Sequence record: OR498728.1
Direction: 5' to 3' (one strand)
Length of the DNA: 64,000 bases
DNA from: Escherichia phage ZX4221
Numbering within the stretch: the stretch's first letter is position 1; the number at the start of each line of letters is the position of its first letter. This document shows positions 49,551 through 59,663 of the stretch, one piece after another. Position numbers and translations under genes: made by a program. Under the pieces are notes generated by a model. That model did not search any database, was not told the origin of the DNA, and saw nothing but the letters and a program-made list of their open reading frames with translations.

Positions 49551-52250
49551 TTAGTGTACTTCAAGCCAGCTTTTGCCAACCTTACCAGTACCTGTAACAA
49601 GCGTTTCTTTCTTAAGACCTAAGTTTTTAGAAGCTTGTCCATAATACCAGTCAGTAACTGCTTTCACATCTGCCGTCATACTCTCTGGACATTCCCAACT
49701 CGTCTCGTCGTGATATGCGCAGAGCAAACGAGCACCAATAGCTGGTTGACGACCATTCAACTTCATCAAACCTTCGTCAATCATACGACGACAAGCAAGG
49801 TTAATCGCCTCATTTTGAATCTGAGCCTCTGAACCCATTAGCAAATAATTCAATAACTTATGTGGAGATTTACACCACAACCAAGCTCCAGCAACCCTTA
49901 CAAAACCCCCTTTAGAGATTGCAGCAGTTTTACCAAACACCTCTTCAAGTGCCTTTTTAGTTGCTTTGTAGTCAGCTTCCAAGTCATCTAGCAACTTCTT
50001 AATTTTAGGCAAACGAATAAAGTAAGTCTGTTTAGTCAGTGCACCTTCCTGAGTAGTTGCAGCTTTAATCGTCTTAGCAAACTTCTCATCACCTGCACCG
50101 AACAGTAGTGCATAGATACCATTCTTAGCTTTCTTACGGCCCTTGCTAATCTCATGGAGAAGGTTCTCATCCTGAGTAGCTCGACAAGTCAAGATATCCT
50201 GCTCATCATTCAAGCTAAAGTAAATACTGTTCAGTGTGTGTGCATCAGTCCCTGAATAGACAACGTAAAGGTCGTTCTCAGAGTCATAGCGAAGGTACTT
50301 ATCAATCTCTGGGTTGAGGTACTCATCAAAGTGTTTGCAGTAATAGCGTCCATCTTCTTGACGAATAAACTCAATCTCTTCTTTACCTTGCGTTACCGCT
50401 TTGGTGAAGTCTTTGTCACCCATAAAGTTACAAAGAAGAACTAGCTGGGCTGAGTTCATGTCTACAGAGACAACGTTAGTACCTTCCTCACAAATCCATA
50501 CTGCCCTCATTGGTTCCCCATAGACAGCAGCACCAGACGGTACGTTTACAATACCATACTGTGTCATACGTCCAGTTGAAGTACCAAATACCATTGCACC
50601 AGCACTAAGGCGACCATCTGGACGAATCTGGTTCAACCAACCTTTTTCATCATCCTTTGAGTTCTCAATAGTTCTGCGTCGGTGCATCAAGGTATAGTAC
50701 TTAGCAATCTTCTGTCCAAGCTCACCTTCAATCGTATCATAAGATGATTCAGTAAGTTTTGGTGAAGTACGGATTAAGCAAGGCTCAAGCAAATCTGTGT
50801 ACTTCTTCACAGACCAGTTATGCTCAATGTATTGGACACCTTCATGTTCAACATAACTCAAACCACACCGTTCAACCATCTCCTGCCACTTAGGATGCTT
50901 GGTAATCATCTTTTTGTTGTCTTTGAAACGACAAACCTTAACAGGACGACCATCTGAGTCTTTCTTGTAGTTCCAGTCATCTGGAATCCAACCAACTGAT
51001 TTCAAGTAGTCTTTAACAACTGCTACCTGAGTCATACGAGAAACTTCGAACTCAATTGGTGTATATGGTGCATCAATCAAACCTGTGTAGCGACTTGACT
51101 CAAGTTCAAAGTGGTTAACAACATGACTGTTATAGTACTTCACAGTCTTAACTGTTTTTACTGGCTTCCAGTCTTTGCACTTCTTACCAATCTTTGCATT
51201 CAACTCATTGCAAATTGCACGAGCATCCTTCATTGCTACAAAACCTTCCTTGTACTCTTCACCAGTTACAGAGTTGGTTGGGGTATAGCAATTCCGCTTT
51301 TCAATGTTAAAAATCTTGGTAGTTGGTTTACCAAATGGCTTGATTTCATATGTCTGCATCTCACCGTTACGTACCTGTTGACGATACTTTGTCTTAGGGT
51401 ACTTGGTAATTCTTTTCAGTCCATCTGCATGACCAAACGCTTCAACATACTCATTCCAAGCTTTTGCAAACTCTTCTCCAGTAACTTTACCTTTGGTTTT
51501 AATAGTTGGAGGAAGATGTGGTTCAACTTCTGAAGCAAGCTCATTAGTCAACTTGTCAAGTTCCTTTACATGGAACTCCATAAGCTCTTTATCAGCTTTC
51601 CAACCATTGATAGCCTGTTGACTCATCCAGAAAGATGTTTCTTTAGCTCGCATGTAGGTTTCATAAGTATCTACGCCACACTTCTTCAGCTTGAGATATT
51701 CATTATCCAGTGCACGTTTAGTTTTGGCGTTAATACGAATATCCTCTACGACACGAGTGAAGATTTCTGCATTCCACACACCCCAATGTTCAATCTCTGG
51801 TTTACGTACACCAACACGAGCACCCCATGCTGCCAAGCCATGAGCACCTTTATAGCCCTTTGGAGTTGGTCTATCCATCCACTGAACACGAGACTGGATA
51901 AGAGAATCCTGAAAGAAATTACTCCACGGCTTACACTTTGGATTATCAAAGTTCCATAAATCAGGTGCAATGTGATTGAAAACCCACCAGTCATAACCCA
52001 GACCATTATGGATGCAAAGTCGTTTTGCCTTTAACGCAAACTCAATACCTTCACGCAAACCACCCTTGATGTACTTGGTGTATTTGTGACCGAGGATAGG
52101 CTCATCTGTAAAGACCCATACAGGTGGCTCTTCATCGTCAGATTTATAGTCTGCGAAAGCCATTACGTGCACTTTAGTGAACTCAAGGAGTAAACCATCA
52201 GTTTCTGTATCACCAACTAAATGTAAGTTTTTAAAATCTACGTTTTCCAT
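49551..52250 (-). CDS. DNA polymerase, family A, with 3'-5' exonuclease domain
   Basis: N-terminal DTETDGL (exo motif I); VDMNSAQLVLL (motif A-like); KNGIYALLFGAG (motif B-like); YHDE (motif C); start set to ATG following AGAGGGAG RBS. Confidence 0.85.
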   Translation of the reverse strand: MENVDFKNLHLVGDTETDGLLLEFTKVHVMAFADYKSDDEEPPVWVFTDEPILGHKYTKYIKGGLREGIEFALKAKRLCIHNGLGYDWWVFNHIAPDLWNFDNPKCKPWSNFFQDSLIQSRVQWMDRPTPKGYKGAHGLAAWGARVGVRKPEIEHWGVWNAEIFTRVVEDIRINAKTKRALDNEYLKLKKCGVDTYETYMRAKETSFWMSQQAINGWKADKELMEFHVKELDKLTNELASEVEPHLPPTIKTKGKVTGEEFAKAWNEYVEAFGHADGLKRITKYPKTKYRQQVRNGEMQTYEIKPFGKPTTKIFNIEKRNCYTPTNSVTGEEYKEGFVAMKDARAICNELNAKIGKKCKDWKPVKTVKTVKYYNSHVVNHFELESSRYTGLIDAPYTPIEFEVSRMTQVAVVKDYLKSVGWIPDDWNYKKDSDGRPVKVCRFKDNKKMITKHPKWQEMVERCGLSYVEHEGVQYIEHNWSVKKYTDLLEPCLIRTSPKLTESSYDTIEGELGQKIAKYYTLMHRRRTIENSKDDEKGWLNQIRPDGRLSAGAMVFGTSTGRMTQYGIVNVPSGAAVYGEPMRAVWICEEGTNVVSVDMNSAQLVLLCNFMGDKDFTKAVTQGKEEIEFIRQEDGRYYCKHFDEYLNPEIDKYLRYDSENDLYVVYSGTDAHTLNSIYFSLNDEQDILTCRATQDENLLHEISKGRKKAKNGIYALLFGAGDEKFAKTIKAATTQEGALTKQTYFIRLPKIKKLLDDLEADYKATKKALEEVFGKTAAISKGGFVRVAGAWLWCKSPHKLLNYLLMGSEAQIQNEAINLACRRMIDEGLMKLNGRQPAIGARLLCAYHDETSWECPESMTADVKAVTDWYYGQASKNLGLKKETLVTGTGKVGKSWLEVH

Positions 52251-52309
52251 TTTTACTCCCTCTAAAATCATTAACCTCATACATTACTGCAAAAAATTAT
52301 AAAAAGCAA

Positions 52310-52334
52310 GTTGACAATGTACTTGACAAGGTGT
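52310..52334. promoter_or_regulatory. Conserved double TTGACAA motif (copy 2) in divergent switch region
   Basis: GTTGACAATGTACTTGACAAGGTGT; matches 9703..9727 at 22 of 25 positions. Confidence 0.45.
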
Positions 52335-52422
52335 TAATCTTTGCGAAGTGGGTTTTTACTTAAAAGGTTACTTAACAGTTTAACTATACAGATACTTTAA
52401 AACTCTTAAAAGATTATTTAAT

Positions 52423-52464
52423 AGCTTTTAAAAAGCTTTAAAGTATAACGTATAGAATACGTTA
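52423..52464. promoter_or_regulatory. Two operator-like palindromes upstream of the rightward replication module
   Basis: AGCTTTTAAAAAGCT (perfect 15 bp palindrome) and TAACGTA-TAGAA-TACGTTA (7 bp arms). Confidence 0.35.
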
Positions 52465-52507
52465 AGATAAAAGATTAAAACTTAATAGTTACTTAAAAGA
52501 GGCTTAC

Positions 52508-52930
52508 ATGCAGAAAATGTTTGTTCACCCAGACATAGCTGACTTTGTTAGAGCTTTGCAGAAGTTGGAAGAACTTGACATTGCTGCTCAACGGGAATAT
52601 GCTCACCATCACAGGAGAATGGTTGATATACAACATGAAATAGAGTTGTCTGAAAACTATGAAGATGACTTAAAATGCTCTGTATTTGAGCATATGAAAG
52701 ATGTTGCTACAGCGAGACGTAAAGCTAAAGACACAGTTGCTTTACTAGATTCTCTTAAAAAGAGGTTGCAAAGTGGTACAGACCTGTGTAATCTAGCGTC
52801 ACTGATTAATGATGTTGAAACTTCTTGGGATAGACATTACTATCCACGTTCTGAAAAGACACTTGACTTTTCTTCATCCGAAAACTTAAAATGTTCTAGA
52901 AAGAAACTTAACCAACTGAGAGAGAAATAA
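52508..52930 (+). CDS. hypothetical protein (140 aa)
   Basis: ORF-track ORF, AAAGAGG RBS. Confidence 0.5.
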   Translation: MQKMFVHPDIADFVRALQKLEELDIAAQREYAHHHRRMVDIQHEIELSENYEDDLKCSVFEHMKDVATARRKAKDTVALLDSLKKRLQSGTDLCNLASLINDVETSWDRHYYPRSEKTLDFSSSENLKCSRKKLNQLREK

Positions 52931-52931
52931 T

Positions 52932-53744
52932 ATGAACACTACTGTAGACCAAATGCTTAAAGAAAAAGGTATTGACGAAGCATTCTTAATCAATGCCGTA
53001 GAAAGCATGGCTATGATTCTTCGTGGAAACAACTACACAGAACGGTTTATGCCTGCAAGCTATAACTTGCCTAAAGACAAGTCTGATAACGGTGCTTTTG
53101 CAGAACAGGTTAACATGATGTTGACAGACACTTCACTAGCTCTGGCATCTATCGCTGTTGGTGTTGACGCACTTGCTGAGTTCATTTTTTATGAAATGCA
53201 AAAGAATGACTATATCAGGATGTCAGACGAAAATAAAGAGCTGTTGCTGACTCAGGATAATGATTCCCTTATTGATACAATCATTGCATCAACAAGTGCT
53301 GTTATGGCTGCTCTTGAGAAGCGCATGGAAGAGAAGCTTTCACGATATGAAAAGTTTGATTGGGGTGTAGAAGAGTTAACCCCACGAATCAGAGAGATTA
53401 TCCAGCAAACTAAAGAGTCTTTAGCAGAAGCTGTGAAAGATGATTCTGTAGCTGATGTAGAACCACTACAGGTGAAGGTCGCTCTGATGATTCCAGCTAT
53501 TTCTACAATGATGAATATCGTTGCACTAATCCAACTTGCTCAGATGTTGGGTGTAACCATTGAGTTCGTTGAGGAGATGACTGGTGGTGTCAGTATGCAA
53601 GCAATCAATGATGTTTTGGTAAACATTGGTGCTTCAATCATTGAAGAGAAGCTTCGCATTCACTTTGGTGACGATTTTGTGAAGCAAGTCTCAGCTATGG
53701 CTGAAAAAGAGCACTCACAAATTACTAGTGAACAACTTCACTAA
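52932..53744 (+). CDS. hypothetical protein (270 aa)
   Basis: ORF-track ORF. Confidence 0.5.
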   Translation: MNTTVDQMLKEKGIDEAFLINAVESMAMILRGNNYTERFMPASYNLPKDKSDNGAFAEQVNMMLTDTSLALASIAVGVDALAEFIFYEMQKNDYIRMSDENKELLLTQDNDSLIDTIIASTSAVMAALEKRMEEKLSRYEKFDWGVEELTPRIREIIQQTKESLAEAVKDDSVADVEPLQVKVALMIPAISTMMNIVALIQLAQMLGVTIEFVEEMTGGVSMQAINDVLVNIGASIIEEKLRIHFGDDFVKQVSAMAEKEHSQITSEQLH

Positions 53745-53763
53745 GCATTTATAAATCTTACAA

Positions 53764-53786
53764 GCCTCCTTAATTGGGGGCTTTTT
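53764..53786 (+). terminator. Rho-independent terminator
   Basis: GCCTCC-TTAATT-GGGGGC hairpin followed by TTTTT; same hairpin sequence as the minus-strand terminator at 1158..1190. Confidence 0.7.
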
Positions 53787-53804
53787 AGTAATTAAGGGGA
53801 TAAA

Positions 53805-54548
53805 ATGAGTAATATTATTGCGTTTACTGGGAAGGCACGTTCTGGAAAAGATACCTCATGTTCTATTGTTAAGAATATCTTAGAAGATGAGTATGGCTAC
53901 AATGTTGCAGTAATGGCCTATGCAGACAATCTTAAGCTGTCTGCATCAAAGATATTTGACTTGACATGGAATGACCTGTACGGTGAAACTAAAGAGACTC
54001 CACAGGTTTTTGATTTATCATACTCTGAACTGATGTTCAAAGTTACAGAAGCTATGGAGTTCACCTTCAGAGATGAACGTTACCATATGGACTTTAAGCT
54101 TATGTCGGAGTTAACCGGACGATTAATCATGGAACTTAAGAAGGTTGCTAAGCCAACTCTATTGACACGTCTGGGATTTAGCAAGAAGTATAAATTCTCA
54201 TCAAGACAAATTCAACAGATTTGGGGCACTGAAGTAATACGTAAAGTTATGGGTGACAAATTCTGGGCTAAAGACCTTGAAAAAAGAATGGTAAACTTCT
54301 TTGACGTTTGCTCACTTAGGAATCAAGAAGGTGTTGTTTTAATCAGTGACTTAAGGTTTGACTCTGAAGCTGAGTGGCTGAGTAGATTTGCACACCAGAT
54401 TATTGAAGTAAAAAGAGACAATGTGGACAAGGTTTCATCACATGTTTCAGAAAATGGAATTTCTACTAAATATGCGCGTGACATTATCCATAATAATGGT
54501 ACTCTTGCAGACCTTGAAAGTAAGCTGAGAGCTATCCTGAAAATTTAA
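53805..54548 (+). CDS. deoxynucleoside monophosphate kinase (putative)
   Basis: N-terminal P-loop IIAFTGKARSGKDT typical of phage dNMP kinases. Confidence 0.55.
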   Translation: MSNIIAFTGKARSGKDTSCSIVKNILEDEYGYNVAVMAYADNLKLSASKIFDLTWNDLYGETKETPQVFDLSYSELMFKVTEAMEFTFRDERYHMDFKLMSELTGRLIMELKKVAKPTLLTRLGFSKKYKFSSRQIQQIWGTEVIRKVMGDKFWAKDLEKRMVNFFDVCSLRNQEGVVLISDLRFDSEAEWLSRFAHQIIEVKRDNVDKVSSHVSENGISTKYARDIIHNNGTLADLESKLRAILKI

Positions 54549-54556
54549 AAGAGAGA

Positions 54557-54757
54557 ATGAAGATGAGAGTAAAAGATAATTTTAAGGTTATTGACCATCG
54601 TTTAGTGGAACTCTCATCTCTTTCCAATGAGGTAATGATTGAACGTCTTAAGAGAGTTGAATCACGAAGGAAAGAGATTGCAGATGAGATTCATGAACTG
54701 GACAAGATTGAAAATGGATTGAAGGCAGAACTACAACGAAGAGGTGCTAATGTCTAA
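54557..54757 (+). CDS. hypothetical small coiled-coil protein (66 aa)
   Basis: ORF-track ORF. Confidence 0.4.
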   Translation: MKMRVKDNFKVIDHRLVELSSLSNEVMIERLKRVESRRKEIADEIHELDKIENGLKAELQRRGANV

Positions 54758-56735
54758 AGGTCGTAAATTGAAAGAGGCTGGTCAGTTTATTGGTCATTGT
54801 GCATGTCCACGTTGTGGTTCATCAGATGCTGGTTCAATCTACCATCATGACGATGATTCTTATTCAATGACTTGCTTTAGCTGTAACAAAGGTTTCCCAG
54901 AGTGGGATTTTGATAAAGGACAAATCGTGAGCACTTATTCTACTGGTTCAGATAATAAAAACCGTACTTTCCGTGGAATGGATTTAGACGATGTAAAAGA
55001 AAACCTAGAAGCAATGGACTTGAAAGATAGGAAGATTCCTGCAAAAGTCCTTGAACGTTTAGGTATCAAGGTTGACATTGATAGTGACGGTGAAATTGAT
55101 GCACATTTCTATCCAACTTACAAACGTAATGAAGATGGCAAACTAGAACATGTTGGTTATCGTGTTCGTCACCGTTACCCAGAAGACCATCCAAAAGAAC
55201 ACCTACGTGGTAAGTTAAAAGACTTTTCAGGTGGTGTTGGAGATATTAAAGGTGAACTGGCAATGTTCGGTTCATGGATTGCTCCAGAAGGTGGGAACCG
55301 ACTGTTCATCTGGGAAGGTGAGATGGAATGTGCGACAGCTATCTACATGACTTCTTTGGCGATTAAAGATAAGTCTCGTCGTAAGAATTACTGTCACGTA
55401 TCTGTTCCATCAGGTGCAAACATTAAGTCTATCAAAGACAACTATCAGTACATCACATCATTTGATGAGATTTACTTGTGCTTTGATAACGATGAAGCAG
55501 GTGCTAAAGCTACCAAAGAGGCGGCTGGTATCCTACCTATTGAGAAGGTTCGTTTGTTCCAGTATCCAGAAGGTGTAAAAGACCTTAACGAATGGTGGAC
55601 AAAGTTCTATAAAGAGAAAGACACAGTTCTGGAAGGATTTAAACAGCGTATCTACAACGCACCTCGTTACTGCCCTGCTGGTATCAAGAACTTTGCAGAT
55701 GGTTTTGAGGCAATGAAGAATCGTGGTCAGATTCCATTGATTCCTTTCCCAGAATCTTTCGGGGATTTGAACAGGTTGACTTATGGTGGTTATGGTTTAG
55801 GTGAGATTACAACTCTGGCAGCACCATCTTCAGTAGGTAAATCAGCATACACCCGTGAAATGATTTACACTGCTTGGAAGGAAACCGATTACAATATTGG
55901 TGTAATTCCAGTTGAAGATACCTATGAAGAGTTGATGGAGATGCTCTGTGCAATCCACCTGAGCAAGCAGATTTCTGAGATTCCTTATGACGAACGTGAT
56001 TGGGATGAATTAAAGGAAGCACACGCAGAACTATCTAAAGGTCGTCGTATCCACATCGTAGACCATCAAGGGGCAATTGACCAAGATAACCTGCTGGAAT
56101 TTGTTGACTATCTTGTTAACAGTTTAGACTGTAAGATTATTATTCTTGACCCTATTACGTTGGCTCTGTCACGTTCAGATACGGATGAAGAGGAAGTTTT
56201 GTCTGAACTATTGCGTCGTTGCAAACGCTACCAGTATGCACAGGTTAACGTCTGTCACGTTCGTAAGAGTGCAGGTGGTCAGAAAGCTAACTCTGAAGGT
56301 GGGGATATTTCTGAAGAGGATATCAAGGGTTCTGGTGCATACTTCCAGATTTCCATGAACAACATTCTGTTAATGCGTAACAAGGTTGACCCAGACCCTG
56401 TTAAGAAAAACTTGACAAAAATCAAGTTAACTAAGTGTCGTCGTCATGGTAAGTCAACAGGTATTGCTGGACACACTTGGTACAATCCAGATACAGGCCG
56501 CCTTATCAAAGCTTCTGGATGTGGTGTTGACATTGATGGTGCAGCAGAAAATATCCGTCAACAGTTTGGCATTGGTGAAGCTGAAGACCATTACGATGAC
56601 TCTTTACCTCATTATGAGGATGAAGTGTTTGACCGTGAGACTGGTGAAGTCTATACTGAAGAACAGCGTCAAAGCTCAACGATTCCACCTGTATTAAGTG
56701 AGGATGCAGATGACTGCCCGTTCGAAACTGAGTGA
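54750..56735 (+). CDS. bifunctional primase-helicase
   Basis: N-terminal zinc-binding CPRCGS ... CFSC; TOPRIM-like E ... CFDNDEAG; helicase Walker A AAPSSVGKSAYT; start set to first ATG after GAAGAGG. Confidence 0.8.
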   Translation: MSKGRKLKEAGQFIGHCACPRCGSSDAGSIYHHDDDSYSMTCFSCNKGFPEWDFDKGQIVSTYSTGSDNKNRTFRGMDLDDVKENLEAMDLKDRKIPAKVLERLGIKVDIDSDGEIDAHFYPTYKRNEDGKLEHVGYRVRHRYPEDHPKEHLRGKLKDFSGGVGDIKGELAMFGSWIAPEGGNRLFIWEGEMECATAIYMTSLAIKDKSRRKNYCHVSVPSGANIKSIKDNYQYITSFDEIYLCFDNDEAGAKATKEAAGILPIEKVRLFQYPEGVKDLNEWWTKFYKEKDTVLEGFKQRIYNAPRYCPAGIKNFADGFEAMKNRGQIPLIPFPESFGDLNRLTYGGYGLGEITTLAAPSSVGKSAYTREMIYTAWKETDYNIGVIPVEDTYEELMEMLCAIHLSKQISEIPYDERDWDELKEAHAELSKGRRIHIVDHQGAIDQDNLLEFVDYLVNSLDCKIIILDPITLALSRSDTDEEEVLSELLRRCKRYQYAQVNVCHVRKSAGGQKANSEGGDISEEDIKGSGAYFQISMNNILLMRNKVDPDPVKKNLTKIKLTKCRRHGKSTGIAGHTWYNPDTGRLIKASGCGVDIDGAAENIRQQFGIGEAEDHYDDSLPHYEDEVFDRETGEVYTEEQRQSSTIPPVLSEDADDCPFETE

Positions 56736-56991
56736 TAGTTATAAAAGAGAGGGGTTCATACCCTTCTTTGAAGAAAAAAGTTTAAATAAATTTCAGGAAG
56801 AGTGTTTGACAAAGATTGATAGGTTCTATAGAATGCTCCTCATGAAATGCGATGGGGAGGTTGCTATAAAAGAAGACTCCTACCAAAGCACGATTACAGT
56901 CATCATTACACTGCCTCAGCATAATATTAGTTGGCTGTTTATAATTAAAGAAAATGTGTTTGAATATCAAGTATATCGGAGAATATCATGA
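56698..56991 (+). CDS. hypothetical protein (97 aa), overlaps primase-helicase 3' end
   Basis: ORF-track ORF only. Confidence 0.3.
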   Translation: MRMQMTARSKLSDSYKREGFIPFFEEKSLNKFQEECLTKIDRFYRMLLMKCDGEVAIKEDSYQSTITVIITLPQHNISWLFIIKENVFEYQVYRRIS

Positions 56992-57137
56992 AACACTCTA
57001 AAGCATTTGAAAAAGTTTTTGGGGATTCCTTAAAAGCCACTGCTGGCAAACCAGCAAAATACTATGAAGAGAAGCGTGTAAGAACTGGAAAAACTGCACG
57101 CAAAGCAGCTTCTAAAGATAAGCACAACTTCCAGTAA
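56988..57137 (+). CDS. small basic protein (49 aa), not in ORF track
   Basis: ATG preceded by GGAGAA; reads MKHSKAFEKVFGDSLKATAGKPAKYYEEKRVRTGKTARKAASKDKHNFQ, lysine-rich. Confidence 0.3.
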   Translation: MKHSKAFEKVFGDSLKATAGKPAKYYEEKRVRTGKTARKAASKDKHNFQ

Positions 57138-57144
57138 TTAATGT

Positions 57145-57173
57145 TTGACAATAGAGTATCAACAAATTAGAAT
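57145..57173 (+). promoter_or_regulatory. Sigma70-like promoter
   Basis: TTGACA 57145-50, 17 nt spacer, TAGAAT 57168-73. Confidence 0.5.
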
Positions 57174-57209
57174 TGGTACTCTTCATAAATTGAGATAGAG
57201 GTTTAAATA

Positions 57210-58067
57210 ATGTCTAAAGTTGTTAAAATGAAAGCTCCGGTAGAGAAGTACAATGGTACTGAACGTCAAACTCTGCGTTACCTGCTGAAAGATGTTTGGT
57301 TTTATTACCTGAACACTTCCCCACGTCCGGGAAAAGGTAAATCCATTGATAAGAAATTCCCAGGAAAAGACTGCAACTACAGTGTTTCAATTCTGGCAGA
57401 AGATGGTAACAAGCTGTTTAAAGAGTTCACTAAGTCTAAGAAAAACCCAGAAGGTTGGGATAAGGTTACTACTGAAGCAGTTGATGCAGATGACTTCGAA
57501 GAGAAGTTTGGTTGCAAACCACCTTTTGAAGCAGACACTTACTACATCTTGAAAGTAAGTCGTGCAGCAGCTTATAAAGATGGTGCTGTGTGGACAGCTA
57601 AACAGTCATTCCCTGTAATGCTGATTGAAGAAGTAAATGGTAAGCGTGTAGCTGTTAAACAGCCGATGAAGAAAATCAAAGCTCAAGCATCTGATAAGCA
57701 TGAAGATGACAAGAACTATGATGTAATTCATCCAGATATTGCAGTTGGTAACGGTTCTTTTGGTAGTGTGATTCTTTCTACTCACTTCTACACCTTTGAG
57801 AACAATGTTCTGACAAAACCTATTCAGGAACAGTTTATCATTGATACACTTGTACCTTACACTGGTGGTAATGGTGCTAATGGCGAACCTGAACTGGATG
57901 AAGACGAACTGGCTATGCTTGGCCTTGATGGTGTTGAAGATAACGGTGAAATCACTGAAGAAGATGCAACAGACCACAAACCTTCGAATGATTCTGATGA
58001 TGGTGACGATGAAGACTTACCAGACCCAGATGACGAAGAAGATGAAGACTTCGATACAGAAGACTAA
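57210..58067 (+). CDS. single-stranded DNA-binding protein (putative) with acidic C-terminal tail
   Basis: C-terminus DSDDGDDEDLPDPDDEEDEDFDTED resembles the acidic tails of phage SSBs; strong RBS and promoter; terminator follows. Confidence 0.45.
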   Translation: MSKVVKMKAPVEKYNGTERQTLRYLLKDVWFYYLNTSPRPGKGKSIDKKFPGKDCNYSVSILAEDGNKLFKEFTKSKKNPEGWDKVTTEAVDADDFEEKFGCKPPFEADTYYILKVSRAAAYKDGAVWTAKQSFPVMLIEEVNGKRVAVKQPMKKIKAQASDKHEDDKNYDVIHPDIAVGNGSFGSVILSTHFYTFENNVLTKPIQEQFIIDTLVPYTGGNGANGEPELDEDELAMLGLDGVEDNGEITEEDATDHKPSNDSDDGDDEDLPDPDDEEDEDFDTED

Positions 58068-58086
58068 TCTCTAAAAGTTACTTTAA

Positions 58087-58113
58087 AGCCCTGTACTTAG
58101 TATGGGGCTTTTT
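58087..58113 (+). terminator. Rho-independent terminator
   Basis: AGCCC-TGTACTTAGTAT-GGGGCT hairpin followed by TTTTT. Confidence 0.6.
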
Positions 58114-58129
58114 CATATGGAGAGTCACA

Positions 58130-59170
58130 ATGGAGAAGTATACGCTAACAAAACTTCCCGATTCAGTTACACATGTCTTTATTGACTCTGATAGTATTGC
58201 CTATAAGGGTGCTTGTGTAGTTGAGAAAGCAAAATATAAATACGTCAATAAACTCACAGCAGAAGAATCTGAACCATTTGATAATGCAAAAGATGCTGCA
58301 AGATGGTTAGCAGACCAGAGAATCCTTGTAGAAGAGCTTGGCCTAACATTTGATGAAGATGAATGGGAAAGACAGACTTGGAAAGAAGCTAAGAGTGAAA
58401 AAGAAGCTATAATGGCGACTCAGCAGGTTCTTCAGGAATGGCTTAAGGTTGTTGGTAAAGAAAGAACTTGGGTAGGTTACTTAACAGAGAAGGGTGTACA
58501 TAAACATAAAGACGTTAAAGGTCTTGAGCACCAATATCAAGGTAACCGTAAAGATGCCGTCACACCAACACACTTAGTCGCTTGTCGTGAATATCTTTTA
58601 TCCAGACCAGAGTTCAAACTCTTAAAGGGAGGCTTCGAAGCCGATTCCATCGTAATTGCTAAAGCTGAAAAGATGGGTAAGAAGGCTGCTCTTATGAGTA
58701 TTGACAAAGACCTTCGACAAGCTGAAGGTACTTATTGCATTGATATGACTTATGAAAAGTCACCACTAATTTTTATTGCTGATAATAATGTTGGTGATAT
58801 CTGGGATTGTCCTATCAAATCAAAACCAAAAGCTGCAAAAACAGTTGGTGTAGGTTTTAAATTTTTGTGTTATCAGGCTGTTGCTGGAGATAATGCAGAT
58901 AACTACTTTGGCCTTAAAGGTGCTGGAAAAGTAGCTGTGATGAATGCTTTAGATGGTAAAGAGACTTATAAAGAGTGTCTTGATGCTATCTATGAACTCT
59001 ATGCTAAAAAAGAGTCTTATACCTATGTATCGTGGGATGGACAGACTGTTACCAAAACACCATTAGAGTTAATGGAACAGCATTTCTGGATAGCATATCA
59101 AGAGAGAAATCCAAAAGATAATTTCTCTTTTAAGAAATATAATTGGGAGCCGTGTATGAATGAAGATTAA
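58130..59170 (+). CDS. 5'-3' exonuclease / flap endonuclease (FEN family)
   Basis: VFIDSDSIAY, YQGNRKD, EADSIV and SIDKDLRQ match the conserved FEN/RNase H-like nuclease motifs. Confidence 0.7.
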   Translation: MEKYTLTKLPDSVTHVFIDSDSIAYKGACVVEKAKYKYVNKLTAEESEPFDNAKDAARWLADQRILVEELGLTFDEDEWERQTWKEAKSEKEAIMATQQVLQEWLKVVGKERTWVGYLTEKGVHKHKDVKGLEHQYQGNRKDAVTPTHLVACREYLLSRPEFKLLKGGFEADSIVIAKAEKMGKKAALMSIDKDLRQAEGTYCIDMTYEKSPLIFIADNNVGDIWDCPIKSKPKAAKTVGVGFKFLCYQAVAGDNADNYFGLKGAGKVAVMNALDGKETYKECLDAIYELYAKKESYTYVSWDGQTVTKTPLELMEQHFWIAYQERNPKDNFSFKKYNWEPCMNED

Positions 59171-59657
59171 AGGATTTGGCAATTGTCCTACCTATGGTCA
59201 TTGGGTATCTTTATGTGGGGAAGTTGACCCCACTAAACATTTTGGTTTTGTCTATTTAGTACACTGTAAGAAAACCGGACAATATTATATTGGAAAGAAA
59301 CAGCTTAATAGCGTGACCAAAAGAAAAGTTGCTGGCAAGACTCGGAAGAAAGTAGTCACTAAGGAGAGTGATTGGATGACTTATGAGACTTCTTCTGAGT
59401 ATATTAAAAAAGATATTGAGAACTTTGGAAAAGAATTTTTTGACTTTTACATTATCCAAACCTACTACACGAAAGGTGGTCTAGTTTATGGTGAAGCAAA
59501 CCTCCAACATAAATTCGATGTAATGACAAAAAGGATTGACTCTAAGCTCAGACTCTTCTACAATGCCAATATTGCAGCAATTAAGTTTATCACTAAAGAA
59601 ACTTATGAAGATGCTGAAAAAAGAATCCATAAGGTAATGAAAGCAAATTGTGCTTGA
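59160..59657 (+). CDS. GIY-YIG-like endonuclease (candidate)
   Basis: FGFVYLVHCKKTGQYYIGKK has VY(L)...YIG spacing like GIY-YIG nucleases; remainder not diagnostic. Confidence 0.4.
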   Translation: MKIKGFGNCPTYGHWVSLCGEVDPTKHFGFVYLVHCKKTGQYYIGKKQLNSVTKRKVAGKTRKKVVTKESDWMTYETSSEYIKKDIENFGKEFFDFYIIQTYYTKGGLVYGEANLQHKFDVMTKRIDSKLRLFYNANIAAIKFITKETYEDAEKRIHKVMKANCA

Positions 59658-59663
59658 TAACTA

